A stretch of 64,000 nt of DNA from NCBI GenBank assembly GCA_001794205.1, contig MGJJ01000019.1:1353-65352 (forward strand), in the 5' to 3' direction. Below, one piece after another: positions 62,547-64,000 of the stretch. Under the pieces are notes generated by a model. That model searched no databases, was not told the origin of the DNA, and saw only the letters and a program-made list of their open reading frames with translations. A program made the translations under genes and the position numbers. The number at the start of each line of letters is the position of its first letter. Within the stretch, counting starts at the first letter, position 1. The stretch comes from Candidatus Yanofskybacteria bacterium RIFCSPHIGHO2_01_FULL_44_22. GTDB taxonomy: Bacteria > Patescibacteriota > Minisyncoccia > 2-02-FULL-40-12 > GWA2-44-9.

Positions 62547-64000
62547 TCATTCAAGGGGTATAACTGTGGCGTTGCGGTCATATTTTCCGGCTTTAAATTG
62601 GTCTTCGGTCATATAATATATATTTTTGGCTTTTTGTTTGGCGGGGGTGTAGGTATCGGTTAAAAACATGATTGTCTGGGCCGGCATGGATACGCCGTTG
62701 ACTTTAATGCCGGGCGCGTTAACCAGCACGTATTTTTTTATGTTCGGCGGGGATTGATTTAACTGCTTGGCGACGGCCAGATAATTATAGTTGAAAGCCG
62801 CCGCTGTGGTTTTATCTTTACCCCAAACGATAAAATACCGCCAAAATTCAAAAATTGCCAATGAACTTAAAAATATCGCCAGCGACAATGCCACGACTGC
62901 TTTTGTTTCCGGATGATGGCCTTGGCCGTAAAGATTCGCCGCTTCATGGCTATCGGTCGCTTTGTGCCAATCGCTTAACTTGTCAAAAACCCAGGCAATC
63001 CCTTTTGCGGCCAGAAGAATGGCCACCGGCAAGACGCCGACGGTTCTCAAGACGTGAGGCGCTTCAGTTGATAAAAATCCCGGCAGCAGCATTATAAAAA
63101 ACCAGACGAAAATCAAAGTATGGGTCACGGAAAAATGGCCGTGTTTTCTCTTCAGCCAATGGCCCAATTCATTGATGAAGCCGATTGCAAAAAATATGCC
63201 TATGGGCCAGGGGAAAAGCGGAGCGCCGGCGATATTATGCCGCTGATTGAAATCACCGCTGAAATTAAACATGCCCAAGGTTTTTATTACGCTTAATCCC
63301 AATTCTTTCAGCGGGGAATCCTGGGCGAATACGGAAACGGAAGCTCTTTCCCCGGCAAAAAACCGGTCCGGATTCTGCCAAAAGTCAAAACCCATGGGGA
63401 GAGCGACAATTATCGCGGTTACGGCCAACAAAGCAAAACCGCCCAAAAGACGGGTCTTGGCATATTCGTATTTTGAATGGGCAAACGAGTAATCTTTTTT
63501 AATAAACTGCCAATAATTCAAAAAAACGGCTATGGCAATAAGCGGCGCTATCCGGTAGGAAATATAGGTATAAAATCCAAGGCCGCCGAAAATACCGGCC
63601 CAAAAATAATTTGAAAAGCGGTTCGTTTTCAGTCCGCGCCACAAAAAGAAAAACAGATAAACTAAGATGAACGGAACCATAATCGTTCTGAAGCCGATTC
63701 TTGATAAATTGACGTGCCAAAAAGAAACGGCGAGCAGAAATCCGGCCAAAGCGGCAAGCCGCCATTCAAACATTTCCCGCACCAACAAGTACAGTCCGAT
63801 AACCGTTAAAATCCCGATGAGCGCCGAAACGAAACGCAAGGACCAGGGATGGGCGCCGAAGGCCCATATGGATAAGGCCTGAATATTGATGAACAGTCCT
63901 TCGCGGCCGTTGTTTTCGGGATAGAATATTTTGAAATCTTTTGTTTCCAGCGCTTGGACGGCATTGTTGCCGTTCATCGCTTCATCGGGATAAAGGCCCG
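62547..64000 (-). CDS. Second GT39/ArnT-like glycosyltransferase; N-terminus lies beyond the window end
   Basis: Polytopic membrane protein (ALSIWAFGAHPWSLRFVSALIGILTV...). The ORF is open to the window edge. Paralogous arrangement with the upstream GT39 gene. Confidence 0.75.
   Translation of the reverse strand, partial: GLYPDEAMNGNNAVQALETKDFKIFYPENNGREGLFINIQALSIWAFGAHPWSLRFVSALIGILTVIGLYLLVREMFEWRLAALAGFLLAVSFWHVNLSRIGFRTIMVPFILVYLFFFLWRGLKTNRFSNYFWAGIFGGLGFYTYISYRIAPLIAIAVFLNYWQFIKKDYSFAHSKYEYAKTRLLGGFALLAVTAIIVALPMGFDFWQNPDRFFAGERASVSVFAQDSPLKELGLSVIKTLGMFNFSGDFNQRHNIAGAPLFPWPIGIFFAIGFINELGHWLKRKHGHFSVTHTLIFVWFFIMLLPGFLSTEAPHVLRTVGVLPVAILLAAKGIAWVFDKLSDWHKATDSHEAANLYGQGHHPETKAVVALSLAIFLSSLAIFEFWRYFIVWGKDKTTAAAFNYNYLAVAKQLNQSPPNIKKYVLVNAPGIKVNGVSMPAQTIMFLTDTYTPAKQKAKNIYYMTEDQFKAGKYDRNATVIPLE

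Overview
This 64-kb window is gene-dense and mostly + strand. It appears to come from a small, AT-leaning bacterial genome with short genes and short intergenic spacers, consistent with Candidate Phyla Radiation (CPR/Patescibacteria). That placement is inferred from gene content: short aspartyl- and prolyl-tRNA synthetases, a FemAB plus Mur-ligase pair, paired GT39 glycosyltransferases, and many lineage-specific hypotheticals.

Gene content in order:
- A surface-glycan locus at the 5' end: a partial O-antigen-ligase/TPR protein, a WbaP-like sugar phosphotransferase, a nucleotide-sugar dehydrogenase and an epimerase.
- hpf, secA, then a putative nuclease cluster, then secD and secF.
- A sigma-70 region-4 protein, a hypothetical protein and a VirD4/TraD-like ATPase.
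- tRNA-Lys(UUU), followed by a ddl 3' remnant and an orphan RHH gene.
- aspS and a cell-wall block (D-Ala-D-Ala carboxypeptidase, mraY, a SEDS FtsW/RodA-type protein).
- rpsT, a uvrB 5' remnant, ruvA, a FemAB-family gene and a Mur-ligase gene.
- Further housekeeping and membrane genes: lon, a family-4 uracil-DNA glycosylase, a subtilisin-like protease, polX, murG, holB, frr, rseP, proS.
- mreBCD with PBP2, greA, lysS, serS, an FtsQ-like gene, and two convergent GT39 glycosyltransferases.

Findings that go beyond ordinary annotation:
1. A 48-nt palindromic mini-element is inserted in-frame in both secA and ruvA, each time as a 54-nt insertion flanked by direct repeats; a related hairpin insertion sits in the FemAB-family gene.
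2. Two further families of short in-frame coding repeats occur in conserved genes: a 24-nt unit (once in mreC, 3.4 tandem copies in the FtsQ-like gene) and a 15-nt unit (in a GT39 gene).
3. Heptanucleotide simple-sequence repeats inside a Wzy/O-antigen-ligase gene and a Mur-ligase gene are candidate phase-variation switches.
4. A Cas4-like nuclease, a PaaX-like regulator and a TM0106-type nuclease form a cluster bracketed by long perfect palindromes, with no CRISPR array or Cas1.
5. Two noncoding regions (1248-1748 and 39318-39643) are rich in palindromes and inverted repeats.
6. uvrB and ddl are present only as gene remnants.

No rRNA genes and no CRISPR array are present.
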